Assembly (NCBI GenBank): GCA_963733055.1
Contig: CAVTBR010000003.1
Span: 576,001 to 640,000 of the forward strand
Direction: 5' to 3'
From: Candidatus Bathyarchaeota archaeon
GTDB lineage: Archaea > Thermoproteota > Bathyarchaeia > 40CM-2-53-6
DNA length: 64,000 nt
Within the stretch, counting starts at the first letter, position 1; every line of letters begins with the position of its first letter. Under the pieces are notes generated by a model, which was not told the DNA's origin, made no database searches, and was given only the letters and a program-made list of their open reading frames with translations. Positions 1 to 9,826 of this stretch are shown here, one piece after another. A program made the position numbers and the translations under genes.

Positions 1-156
1 GCTCCATCAATTGCAATTCAACTGTAGGTCCAATCCAACATGTTACGCATGAGACAAACAGGCAGGCGCTGTGTGTTCTGTCCGGTTTTAGACCAGTTTG
101 ATAGAATCGACGTTGGGTAGAAGGATTATTCGTATTCAAGCAGAGTGTGTGTGTTC

Positions 157-992
157 ATGGATTTTTCGGATCAGATGATCATTGATTCTTTGCCACGCAC
201 ATATCACGTGCATGTACCGCCCGCTGGCTCTAGAGCTCCGAGTTGGCTGTTGTTGGTGTTTCATGGAGGCGGTGGGAGGGGAAGAGGTATGAATTGGCTT
301 ACACACTTCAACTCCATTGCGGACCGTGAACAGTTTGTCGTAGCCTACCCGGACGGGTGGAAGAGACACTGGACAAATAGTGATGAATCACGAGGCGTTG
401 GAGACGAACTTCCTGACGATTTGCAGTTTCTATCCCAGTTGATCGACAAACTCGTTACAAACCATAATCTCGACTCGAACAAGCTGTACGCGGCGGGAAT
501 CTCGAATGGTGGTTTCTTCGCCCAACGGCTTGTTTTGGAGAACGTCGGGAAAGTTAGGGCGATAGCCACGGTTGCTGCCACGATGCCTGAACCCCTGTCC
601 AAGGTGAAAGAAATTGATTACCCGACACCCGTCATGATAATTCATGGAACGGAGGATCCACTCGTCCCATTTGAGGGAGGCCACGTGAAGGCTGGAGCGA
701 GAGGAGCGATACTCTCAGCTCGTGACTCGGCGTCAAAGTGGGCGGAGTTGAACGAGTGCGACGCTAACCCCGAGATCACTGATCTTCCAAACATTGTCGA
801 GGACTCGACGCACGTGCGGGTGGAAAGATATGGCGGGTGTAAGGCTGGAGTGGAAGTTCTGTGTATGTCATCGAGGGTGGCGGCCACACGTGGCCTGGTG
901 GTGCTCAATACTTTCCTGAACGGACAATCGGAAGAACTACTCACAACCTAAACGCGAGCGAAGAGATAGTAGATTTCTTCAAAAGACATTAG
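157..992 (+). CDS. LpqC/PHB-depolymerase-like alpha/beta hydrolase, frameshifted near 862
   Basis: HGGGG, GISNGG nucleophile motif and HGTED. The catalytic His segment YVIEGGGHTWPGG...EIVDFFKRH* lies in another frame after ~862 and ends at TAG 990-992. Confidence 0.8.
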
Positions 993-1002
993 GCTCGTCG
1001 AC

Positions 1003-1701
1003 CTAAATGGACATGAGTGCTATCCCGACTTCCACCCAACCCACTGCCGAATGAGTGGTCGCTGGAAAGTTTGTGGTTGAAGCGATGTTCGATATAGAGT
1101 ACTGAGCGTGCGTAACTCCTATGCCAGAGTTTTCCTCGCTGGGGGCAAAACCCGTGCCGGCCGTGACGTTTCCCCCGGAACTATTCGTTGCTATGATTCC
1201 AAGTAGAAAGGCGCCGGGCTGAATGGCGACTGGAGACGAAGTTGAGATTGACGTGCCAAGGCCGAAGCCAGTAGCCGTGGCCGCCCCTGTAGTTCTCACA
1301 CCCGAAACCTCGTATACGTAGATACTCTCTGCCGGCGCGGCAGCGCTAAACGTCGCCGTGACTACGTCCGGGCCACTCGAAGAAGCGTTGGCGTAGAAAA
1401 TGTAAACGGTCGGCGGAGGATCGTCATTTGACACTACGGCTTGAGTGAATGATAATCTCAGGGAATCTGTGAGGGAACTTAGCGTGAAAGAAGCATCCGC
1501 AATCACCACACCTACCACTATCACATCTCCACTAGCAACATTGTTTGTGAAGGAGACTGAGAGTCTACTTGAGCAACTGGAGCACTCAACATTGTTCTGT
1601 TGGACAAGTGCCGACGCGGCGTGAACAGGCAAGAGCCCAACGGTTAGCAGAAGCGTCGCTATGACGACACTCAGCATGAAAGGAATCCGGTTCCTAAGCA
1701 T
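1003..1701 (-). CDS. Secreted Ser/Thr/Ala-rich beta-strand hypothetical protein
   Basis: Signal peptide (MLRNR, hydrophobic stretch, VHA), 232 aa ORF with coding-like composition. Confidence 0.65.
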   Translation of the reverse strand: MLRNRIPFMLSVVIATLLLTVGLLPVHAASALVQQNNVECSSCSSRLSVSFTNNVASGDVIVVGVVIADASFTLSSLTDSLRLSFTQAVVSNDDPPPTVYIFYANASSSGPDVVTATFSAAAPAESIYVYEVSGVRTTGAATATGFGLGTSISTSSPVAIQPGAFLLGIIATNSSGGNVTAGTGFAPSEENSGIGVTHAQYSISNIASTTNFPATTHSAVGWVEVGIALMSI

Positions 1702-1941
1702 GACCTACGCTTCTCGAACCGAAAAGGGTCTTGCGAACGCAAATTACTTTCTTGCCTCACGAGAATAAATCCCGTCTATCCCTCACACGTCAATAGAACA
1801 TTCCTGCAACAAATATCTCTCCCTGCGTTCGAACAAATCATTGAATCTAGATTATGGCCCGTGTATACGATTAGGGCTAAACAAGGGGCCGATCCGACGA
1901 TTGGGATGTTCTAGTGCTTTGGAGCGCGGTTAAGTGAATTT

Positions 1942-2496
1942 TCAGTTGGCAGTTCGGCGGCTCTTAGCGTACTTGACCATGGCTAGTGTGGCTAGGAGTG
2001 CGCCTAGTAGTGGGATGGCTAGGGTGGGGTATTCTGGGACGGGGGTCGGCCAGTTCACTGTGGCAGTTGCGTAACCCGGGTTGCCCCCGCTATTGTCGTA
2101 GACTACGACGGTGACCGTGTATGATTGTTGGAATGGAGGCTGGTAGGAATGGTACCGCACCTCGCTTACCACACTTTGGCAACAGTAGGGAACGCGAAGC
2201 ATCGGGGTGCCGTCGCCGAATATCCAATCCAACTCAGTTATCGTGAAACCTGACGAGGCCTTGGCGCTAACCCCGAATGCGTAAGCCTGAGGCGAACTGC
2301 TGTCCAGCTGAATGGAATTGAAGCTCACCGTTGGTGGCCCGCCGGTCGTAACCAAATAGCTAGACGTGGTCGTCATAGTGAAGGATAACGTGGCGGACTG
2401 CTCCGGCGAGTTCATGGCGGAGGCCGCGGAGAGGCTTAGCATGCCTAGAACCGCTGCCAGCACCATGCACCCGACGACCAAGGAGCGTTTGCGCAA
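1942..2496 (-). CDS. Secreted PKD-like domain protein with PEF-CTERM-like tail
   Basis: Signal peptide, WIFGDG PKD motif, C-terminal VPEYP followed by a TM helix and basic residues. Confidence 0.7.
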   Translation of the reverse strand: MRKRSLVVGCMVLAAVLGMLSLSAASAMNSPEQSATLSFTMTTTSSYLVTTGGPPTVSFNSIQLDSSSPQAYAFGVSAKASSGFTITELDWIFGDGTPMLRVPYCCQSVVSEVRYHSYQPPFQQSYTVTVVVYDNSGGNPGYATATVNWPTPVPEYPTLAIPLLGALLATLAMVKYAKSRRTAN

Positions 2497-2720
2497 ATCG
2501 AATCTGAGGAAGTGCGGGAAACATTGAAGATAAACCTAACCAGGGCTGCACTCAAACATGTGTCATTTTCCAGTCGCTCACAAAAGAATAGTTAACAATG
2601 CGCTGTTTCGAGTCAACAATCGCCCTGCCTAGAAATCGTCGCTCGAAAGAAGTTTACAAGGAAACTTCAATATTCTGATTGAGTTCAGAAGGAGACGGCA
2701 GGATGACGAAATCCTGCCTG

Positions 2721-5324
2721 CTACCTCTTCCGTCGCCTAACTATCGCCAAAGCAGCCATCCCAACGATTGCGCCCACGATAATCGACTCCCACGGAAAGC
2801 CGGGGACTGCGGGCATAACTAATGGGGTTGAAACTGAACTAGTGCTCGAAGTGCTTGTCGTCGGAGTGCTCGTGACTGTCACAGTAGACGCGGCTGCGGT
2901 TGTCGACGCGGTTGAACTCGTCATGACTTCAGAGGTAGTCGACGTGCTGGACGATGTCGAGATTTCGCTTGACGAAGTAGTTGTCGCGGCTGTTGAACTT
3001 GCGCTCGAACTCGTCGAGTTTGTGGTAGTGGCTTGCTGTCCCACAACCGGCGGGTTTTGTGGGTCGAGGTGAATGATGCCCGATAGGGTTCCGCCAGTTA
3101 CAGGTCGTCCAACTGCCCACCCATCTTCGGGGCCAGTCAGGTAGACGGAACGCAAAGACATGCCCGGCGTTACGCTTCCGGCCAGTATGGGCGGAACTAG
3201 GGGCGTGTAGACCCAAGCAACGCCATCCCAGTGAGCAAACACAACATTTCCAGGTGAAGACTGATCATCGCCGACGACCCATCCATCACCGTTTCCTGAT
3301 CCTGTGCCGAAGGTATCAACAAAGACAGATGTTAGATTAGCAGTGGCTATACCTGTAACCTGTCCGGTTCCACCGCTCCAAGTATTTCCTCCGTCGGTTG
3401 TTTGAACGATGGTGGATGAGGATCCGACAATCCAGCCGTGAGTAGAATCTTTGAAGTAGACACCATTCAAATTGCTAGAGCCAACCTGTGGAATCGCATG
3501 TGCAGTCCAAACCGGGACACCGCCAGTTATGGTCAGCACTAGAACGGTACCGGTGTTTCCGACCGCCCATCCAGCAGGTGTGCCAGAGGGGGCGCCTTGA
3601 TTGTTGATGAAAACACCATTCAGATTGTTCAGTGTTGGCTGTGAAAATAGAGTCCAGCTACCGGATTGATGCCTCCAAATCTCACCGTGTAATCCAACTG
3701 CCCATCCATCTCCTCCAGTTCCTCCGCTCAACATGAAAACTGATCGCGGTTCACAAGGATTGCTGGCACCACATCCCGCAATCGGTTGACCGTTCCAGCT
3801 TTGGCCGTTCCACAACAAAGCCTCGGGTCCAGTGTGCGTACTATTACCGCCCATAGCCCATCCTTCCCCAGAGCTGAGCATGTAGATCGTCCAAATGTCG
3901 GGATGGATCGTCTGGCTGGGTGCGGCATTCGCCCGGTGCCACTTGATACCATCCCAGTGGATCAGTGAACAACAATCATTACTTGCATTGTATAGCCCAC
4001 CCGCCCAAGCATCGCTCGAGCCTAACTCCCAAACGGCGTTGAGTTGAGTACTGTCCAAAACGTTGGTGCTACCGCCCCAACACGGCTGGGGTACTGCGGA
4101 ACCGCATCCTGAATTACCTGTTTGCAAGATAACTCCGTTAGCACCCGATGCCCATCCATTACCGCTGCTTGGGAAGCTGGCGCTGAATAATCCAGTCCCC
4201 ACATTTCCGTGGCCGTCTCCAACCGCAGTTTGCAACGGAGTTGTGAGGGTTAACCAGCTGTTGCTTCCTCCCAGTGTCGTTGAGTGAAGTATGGTGCCGT
4301 TAGAGCCTACGATCCATCCTTCGCTTGTACTCACCAATTGAACGGAATACAAATCTCGGGATGTACCCGCAGGCGTCACTGGGCCCGCCCAGATACCTGT
4401 GGCGAAGTGCCAGACTTGTCCGCCGCGACCAACAGCCCACGCATCGATCGGGTTTGTTTGATCAACAAAGATGCCAAGTAAACTGTTTGCTGCACCGCCA
4501 ATTGAAGTGGCCGTCCAAGTGTTTCCTCCACTGAATAGCCTCGCCACGACCCCGCCCTCACCGACTGCGAATCCTTCTAGGTTCCCCGCTCCGTCTTGGA
4601 ACATGTAGACACTGTTGTAACGCGTCGTAGGAACTCCGACCACCTTTTGTTCTATCCATCCACCGCTGGTCTTTGGATCCCCACTGAAAGCCCAAATTGA
4701 CCCTTGATTTGTAGCATTAGTGCCGACGGCATACGTTAATCCCGAAACGAAAGCCGATCCGCTTGGGCATCCTGTTGAGTAGGCTGGAGAATGACAGACC
4801 ATGAAGACTGAAGTTAGGTTCTTTGCGTCCGAAAGACCCGTGTCTTGCACCGTCAGTGCTGCCCCATCCCAGTAAAGCGCAATCCCTCCTGCTGAGCCGG
4901 AAGGATGAACTGAAGAATTGGAGTTTCCTACGATCCATCCGTCAGAGCCGTCACCATTTGGACTACAGAGTCCAACTCCCGGTGCACCGGAGTTCGTGCA
5001 GAAGTTTACGGAATTGTAAGTGGCATTAGGGAGCGGGGAAGCGATGATAGGCCATGAGAACCCGTCATAGTGAGCGAGAACAGGTTGCTGGGTGTTGCTG
5101 ATGTTATCTCCGCCTACGGCCCAACCGTCTCCTGCTCCGATCGAGCCTGAGCCTCCATTTCGAACGTATATTCCTCGCAAAGATCCCTTTGGATCGGCGG
5201 TGTATTGGGTAGGGTTGATGTCCCGCCATCGCCCGAAGGTTATTGCGGCTTGAATTGGGGCTGCGCTAAGAATCACCAACATGACTACGACGATCGAAGC
5301 TGTCCACAAGAGACGGTTCTTCAT
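2721..5324 (-). CDS. Cell-surface 14-repeat beta-propeller protein (Ycf48/BNR-like) with Ser/Thr stalk and PGF-CTERM-like tail
   Basis: 14 LxSVxM...GWAVG repeats, S/T-rich linker, tail VPGFPWESIIVG-TM-RRRKR. Confidence 0.8.
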   Translation of the reverse strand: MKNRLLWTASIVVVMLVILSAAPIQAAITFGRWRDINPTQYTADPKGSLRGIYVRNGGSGSIGAGDGWAVGGDNISNTQQPVLAHYDGFSWPIIASPLPNATYNSVNFCTNSGAPGVGLCSPNGDGSDGWIVGNSNSSVHPSGSAGGIALYWDGAALTVQDTGLSDAKNLTSVFMVCHSPAYSTGCPSGSAFVSGLTYAVGTNATNQGSIWAFSGDPKTSGGWIEQKVVGVPTTRYNSVYMFQDGAGNLEGFAVGEGGVVARLFSGGNTWTATSIGGAANSLLGIFVDQTNPIDAWAVGRGGQVWHFATGIWAGPVTPAGTSRDLYSVQLVSTSEGWIVGSNGTILHSTTLGGSNSWLTLTTPLQTAVGDGHGNVGTGLFSASFPSSGNGWASGANGVILQTGNSGCGSAVPQPCWGGSTNVLDSTQLNAVWELGSSDAWAGGLYNASNDCCSLIHWDGIKWHRANAAPSQTIHPDIWTIYMLSSGEGWAMGGNSTHTGPEALLWNGQSWNGQPIAGCGASNPCEPRSVFMLSGGTGGDGWAVGLHGEIWRHQSGSWTLFSQPTLNNLNGVFINNQGAPSGTPAGWAVGNTGTVLVLTITGGVPVWTAHAIPQVGSSNLNGVYFKDSTHGWIVGSSSTIVQTTDGGNTWSGGTGQVTGIATANLTSVFVDTFGTGSGNGDGWVVGDDQSSPGNVVFAHWDGVAWVYTPLVPPILAGSVTPGMSLRSVYLTGPEDGWAVGRPVTGGTLSGIIHLDPQNPPVVGQQATTTNSTSSSASSTAATTTSSSEISTSSSTSTTSEVMTSSTASTTAAASTVTVTSTPTTSTSSTSSVSTPLVMPAVPGFPWESIIVGAIVGMAALAIVRRRKR

Positions 5325-5360
5325 GCCTAATCGCTAATTCCTATTCCTTTCCGGTTCACA

Positions 5361-5384
5361 TATAAGTGTTGTTTTGTGCAACAC
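5361..5384 (-). promoter_or_regulatory. TATA box and adjacent inverted repeat upstream of the 2721-5324 gene
   Basis: TTATA on the minus strand at 5361-5365; GTGTTG-N7-CAACAC at 5366-5384. Confidence 0.4.
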
Positions 5385-5400
5385 AAATACACTATATTGC

Positions 5401-5538
5401 TCATTTCTCCAGCTCCTTAAGGTAACGCCTCACAGCCTCACGAATGACGAACGACCGCGAGGGAACCTTGTCCTTGTCGATCAAGTCGTCCATCTTGTCG
5501 AGGAGCTGTATGGGGAGGGTTGCGGTGATGTTTGCCAT
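5401..5538 (-). CDS. Ribbon-helix-helix (CopG/NikR-N-like) protein, absent from ORF track
   Basis: MANITATLPIQLLDKMDDLIDKDKVPSRSFVIREAVRRYLKELEK*, 45 aa (alternative TTG at 5559). SRS-xx-IREAVRRYL is a typical RHH helix B. Confidence 0.85.
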   Translation of the reverse strand: MANITATLPIQLLDKMDDLIDKDKVPSRSFVIREAVRRYLKELEK

Positions 5539-5573
5539 TCTGGACCTGCGGTTGGACAATGAGAGCTGCTCCG

Positions 5574-8396
5574 TCAACGTGTACGCCTCCGACGAAGGAT
5601 CGCAAGCGTGCCTACACCAACAACGATTCCCGCTAAGATCGATTCAATCGGGAACCCGGGTATCAATCCTCCAGGAGTAACATTGAGGGTTAGTGTAAAC
5701 ACTTGGCCACCGCTCGTTGTGACCGTGATTGTCTGTGTTGAAGTGACTCCATTCTTGCTGAGCGTAACTGTGTATGTTCCTGGCGGAACCGTGAAGGTAA
5801 CCAGTCCTTGCGAATTCGTAACACCCTGCACTGGTGCTGGCAAACATGGCGTGAAAGCTGTGGGCGTAAGCACCACGTTAACGCCTGAAAGCGGGTTGCC
5901 TTGGTTGTCAACAACTTTGATGGTTAGGGTTACGTTGGGAGGACACACTGACGTAGTGGTCGACGATATCGTCGTAGTGAGAGCTGTGGTTTGAGTTGAG
6001 ACCGTCGAGACGACGATCGAAGTTGATGTGGTGGAGAATATTCCGCCATACGTTGAAAATCTCAGAATTGTCGAAAGTGGGGTCTTGTAGCCGTACAGGC
6101 CAACAGGTCCTGCCTCTTTGAAGTAAGAGGCACTCACGAAGTCAGGACTTCCGCCCACGACCCAACCATTCGTCTCGCTCGTCATGTAGACTGAACTGAG
6201 AATCGGCGGGATCTCACCTAACAGTGCCGGTGATAGGGTTACGTGCTCCCAGGATACTCCATCCCAGTGAAAGATTGTTGCGACTAATTTGCCTGGGAAC
6301 CCGACGGCCCATCCGTCGTTCGGGGCGTCAAGGAAAACTGACTTGAGAGTTGCACTTGTGTGTCCAAGAGATGTGATTCCGCCGGGGATTGTCGGAGTAG
6401 CCACCGGTTCCCATTTGGTTCCGTCCCAATAGATTATGACCGGCCCAGCAGAAAATGAGCTGGCAGCTTGAATTCCTCCGACAGCCCAGCCAGATGTTGG
6501 AGTGAGCAGGAAAACTGATGTCAGGTTTGCGTCCAGGGACAGAGTGGGAGAACCACTCACAGTGACCAAATTCCAAGTTCCGACCCCTCCGCTAACCGTG
6601 TAGTGCAGAATCGTCGCATTGTCACCAACCGCCCAGCCCTCATTTGCAGTAACCATGAAAACAGAATTCAATCCATGCACTGCAGCAGGGCTAGAAGGTG
6701 CCGGGAAGACCGCCCACGTTCCTACGCCCCCGGTAACCGTGTAATGCAAAATGATTCCTGTTGGATATGGGGAAGCGACTTGTTCTCCGACCGCCCAGCC
6801 CTCATTCGAACTAACCATGAAGATCGATTTCAGAGAATACTGCCCTGGAGGCGGCGTAATCGTATTCCATGAACCTCCCGTGAAATGCAGGATAATAGGG
6901 CATGGAGCGACACTGCAACTTGCAGTTGGATGTGGTCCTCCGCCAACTGCCCAAACATCACCAGAGTTTACCATAAACACTGAATTCAGATTGTTCGTCG
7001 TTCCTATCGCAACGCCTTTCGTCCACGCGAACCCGTTCCAATGATAGATTGTCGGTTCGAACGGCGTTACGCCATCTGTAACCGACGAGTTGCCAACAGC
7101 CCAACCGTCATTGGGATTGATTGAACCGCCCACGATACTTGCATCGCAAGTTCGCAGTACAAGGCATGGTTCGCCAAACGAGATCGAAGTGAAGTTGTTG
7201 ATTGTCGGACTAGTAACCGTCCCATAATTCACGCCATCAAAGTGAACGATGACACCATCCGTTCCAACAACCCAACCGTCATTTGCTGAATTGAAGAAGC
7301 CTGACGCGAAGTTCAGCAATGATACAGGTGACGTTGGAACTAAGTTTGAGGGAAGGAGAGTCCAAGTCCCACCTGAGTAATGTAAAATCGACCCTTTAGC
7401 CCCAAACGCCCAGCCTTCAGTTGAACTAACCATGAAAACCGAAAACAGATTATTCGACGTAGTTCCCGGGCTCACGGGGCCTGACCAAATCCCAGTTGAG
7501 TAATGAATTATGATTCCCCCATCGCCCACCGCCCAGCCTTCCGTGGGTGAAATCATGTAGACCGATCTGAGAGACGTACAAGCAGGAGGAGTGATAGGGA
7601 GAGAAGCTGGACAGCTGTCTACTGGCGAGGTGAAAGTATTCCATACTCCACCAAAGTAGTGGAAGATAATTCCCCCCGCGCCAACAGCCCATCCCTCTGT
7701 AGAACTAACCATGAAAACTGAATAGATCCCGCACTTCGGTGCTGTGATAACCGCGGGGCAGGCAACTGGGGCTTGCGGCATGTTCCATCCTCCGCCGAGA
7801 CCCGGGACACCGGTCCAATGCCAGAAGACGCCCATACTTCCCGCTTGGTTCTGTCCTACAGCCCAAATGTCTGTACTGCTGACCATGAAAGCGGACCATA
7901 GCGGACCCGCGTTAGGTGCTGATAATCCAGCCAACTGACTCCGCCAAGTAATGCCGTCCCAATGAAGGGCAAGAGACACATTTTGTGAAAGTGGCGTACT
8001 GTTGTATCCGACGGCCCATCCATCAGTACCCAGAGGCGTTATGGGATTGCCCGGCGGCCCGAAGGTGACCGAAGTCAAATTGTAAGCTGCTTGCTTGGCT
8101 GGAAAATCGGCAATCTTGGGAGCTGGGACAAGGTTCCAGGTTGACCCATCGTAGTGAAATATCGCTGGTAAAGCGGTTGTGTCATTGGTTGTTGGTCTAG
8201 AATCTCCGACCGCCCAGCCGTTCGTGGCAGAGAGCATGTAGATCGAATTGAGTTGTGGGTTGGCTGGCGGGCTAATGTATGCGTCTGGGTTGATGTCGCG
8301 CCAGACTCCCATTTGGGCGGTTGCGGGAACTGCGGAAACTGCTAGGGCGATTAGCGTAATGCCGATAATCATTGCACAGAGTCTTGTCTTTCTCAT
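5574..8396 (-). CDS. Paralogous 14-repeat beta-propeller surface protein with Thr-rich stalk, beta-sandwich domain and PGF-CTERM-like tail
   Basis: Same WRDINP N-terminus as the 2721 gene, 14 GWAVG repeats, IKVVDNQGNPLSGVNV domain, tail IPGFPIES-TM-RRRRTR. Confidence 0.8.
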   Translation of the reverse strand: MRKTRLCAMIIGITLIALAVSAVPATAQMGVWRDINPDAYISPPANPQLNSIYMLSATNGWAVGDSRPTTNDTTALPAIFHYDGSTWNLVPAPKIADFPAKQAAYNLTSVTFGPPGNPITPLGTDGWAVGYNSTPLSQNVSLALHWDGITWRSQLAGLSAPNAGPLWSAFMVSSTDIWAVGQNQAGSMGVFWHWTGVPGLGGGWNMPQAPVACPAVITAPKCGIYSVFMVSSTEGWAVGAGGIIFHYFGGVWNTFTSPVDSCPASLPITPPACTSLRSVYMISPTEGWAVGDGGIIIHYSTGIWSGPVSPGTTSNNLFSVFMVSSTEGWAFGAKGSILHYSGGTWTLLPSNLVPTSPVSLLNFASGFFNSANDGWVVGTDGVIVHFDGVNYGTVTSPTINNFTSISFGEPCLVLRTCDASIVGGSINPNDGWAVGNSSVTDGVTPFEPTIYHWNGFAWTKGVAIGTTNNLNSVFMVNSGDVWAVGGGPHPTASCSVAPCPIILHFTGGSWNTITPPPGQYSLKSIFMVSSNEGWAVGEQVASPYPTGIILHYTVTGGVGTWAVFPAPSSPAAVHGLNSVFMVTANEGWAVGDNATILHYTVSGGVGTWNLVTVSGSPTLSLDANLTSVFLLTPTSGWAVGGIQAASSFSAGPVIIYWDGTKWEPVATPTIPGGITSLGHTSATLKSVFLDAPNDGWAVGFPGKLVATIFHWDGVSWEHVTLSPALLGEIPPILSSVYMTSETNGWVVGGSPDFVSASYFKEAGPVGLYGYKTPLSTILRFSTYGGIFSTTSTSIVVSTVSTQTTALTTTISSTTTSVCPPNVTLTIKVVDNQGNPLSGVNVVLTPTAFTPCLPAPVQGVTNSQGLVTFTVPPGTYTVTLSKNGVTSTQTITVTTSGGQVFTLTLNVTPGGLIPGFPIESILAGIVVGVGTLAILRRRRTR

Positions 8397-8531
8397 CGGG
8401 AACCAACTTGACAGTGATGAGAGTCGCCTGTTCTGCACAATTAATAACATTAAGTAAGCATTACATGTTAAACCGTAGCATGTCTTTGGCCTAATTCTTG
8501 TCGCAAAGATGATTTCACAATGCAGAGTAAC

Positions 8532-8613
8532 CCTCGGACCCCTCCCGCTCTCTCAGAGGGCAACTTTAGGCCTAGCTGGACGGCACCCTCCGGTTTCGAC
8601 TGGAGATTTGAGG
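8532..8613 (+). promoter_or_regulatory. Candidate structured RNA leader of the SAMP/MoaD gene
   Basis: Closing stem CCTCGGA/TTTGAGG, inner stem CCCTC/GAGGG, hairpin CTCCGGT-TTCG-ACTGGAG. The GAGG RBS lies in the closing stem. Confidence 0.4.
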
Positions 8614-8617
8614 CGCC

Positions 8618-8911
8618 TTGATAATCTCGCTCAAGCTTTACGGAGTCTTCAGATCAGCCGCTGGAGCGGAGAGGATTGAGCTGGACATTCCTGTAAATGA
8701 ACCAACAGTCCGAGCAGCCATATCCGACATAGCCAGTAGATCAAACCTTAGCCAGCTGAAACAACTCGTATTCGACGGAGAAACACATGACCCGCGCCCT
8801 AACGCCTTGATTATGGTTTCAGGCCGTGAGATCAGCACGCTGAACGGTTTAGATACGAAGCTGAAGGTTAGCGACGAATTAGCTTTGCTTCCGATCGCAC
8901 ACGGAGGATAA
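8618..8911 (+). CDS. MoaD/SAMP ubiquitin-like sulfur carrier
   Basis: Beta-grasp pattern, LDTKLKVSDELALLP, C-terminal GG. Confidence 0.9.
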   Translation: MIISLKLYGVFRSAAGAERIELDIPVNEPTVRAAISDIASRSNLSQLKQLVFDGETHDPRPNALIMVSGREISTLNGLDTKLKVSDELALLPIAHGG

Positions 8912-9769
8912 AAGCCCATTCATACTTCCAGAGCGATACCCAGTCATATCCAAGGCCACGTGAGCATACCCTAAAACGCGAAGAGCCTCCGAAATCTTAT
9001 CGAGAAGTTGCTCGTCGAAGAACAAGTTTCTCTCGCTCTTTCCAACTTCGATCCTAGCTATGCTTCCGTGGTCTCGCACCCGAAGTTCCTTCACACCCGT
9101 TAGCGACCGAATCGTGGTCTCCGCCCGTTCGATACGCAACAACCTCTCGGGAGTAATCACTTCACCATAGGCAACTCTCGAGGACAAACACGGCATTGAG
9201 GGCTTGTCGTGATTAGGCAACCCAAGAGATTTGGCTAACTCCCTAACCTCGTCCTTCATCATTCCCGCGTCTGAGAGTGGTCTCCGAATTCCCCTCTCAG
9301 ATAGCGCTGCGGCTCCTGGCCTGTGGCCGATCAGATCCTCCGCATTGGTACCGTCCACGATCGTGTAATCTCCGAGTTCTCTCGCCAAGTCCACAAGTTT
9401 CTCCCCTAACTCCTTCTTGCAGAAGTAGCAACGGTTCACAGGATTGGCTACGTAGTTTGAGTCCTGCAGTTCATCCGTCTTGACGACGATGTGCTTGATT
9501 CCGATACGACCGGCGAGCTCCTTCGCTTCCCGAAGCTCAGATGACGGAAGGCTTGGCGAATCTGCCGTGACTGCGATTGCTCCATCTTCGAGCGCCATCT
9601 TCGCGAGAAGTGCCATGAGACTACTATCTACGCCTCCGGAAAAAGCAACCATTACCTTTCGGAAACTCGTCAGTTCGTTTAGGATTCGCGTGGCTTTCGC
9701 GCAAAGCTCCGGTGATAGCCCGAGGTCTTGGAAGGTCGGTAATCCACTCGGGCTCTCTTCTGTTAACAT
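8879..9769 (-). CDS. larE: ATP-dependent sulfur transferase LarE
   Basis: PP-loop SGGVDS, RCYFCK, DGTN, RPG and PCLSSR motifs. Confidence 0.9.
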   Translation of the reverse strand: MLTEESPSGLPTFQDLGLSPELCAKATRILNELTSFRKVMVAFSGGVDSSLMALLAKMALEDGAIAVTADSPSLPSSELREAKELAGRIGIKHIVVKTDELQDSNYVANPVNRCYFCKKELGEKLVDLARELGDYTIVDGTNAEDLIGHRPGAAALSERGIRRPLSDAGMMKDEVRELAKSLGLPNHDKPSMPCLSSRVAYGEVITPERLLRIERAETTIRSLTGVKELRVRDHGSIARIEVGKSERNLFFDEQLLDKISEALRVLGYAHVALDMTGYRSGSMNGLLSSVCDRKQS

Positions 9770-9826
9770 TTTATGAGACCTCTCGCAGCTCATGATACTT
9801 AGGCGTTTCCTAGTTGGCGAAACCTG

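Noticed and set aside
2842-3072. Val-rich plus-strand ORFs here and at 5608-5994
   Set aside because: Antisense shadows of Thr/Ser-rich stalks.
8532-8613. Assignment to Moco, SAM-IV, TPP or HDV-like RNA classes
   Set aside because: Only partial resemblance (CTGGACGGCACCCTCC recalls SAM-IV) and the required helices could not be built, so it is left unclassified.
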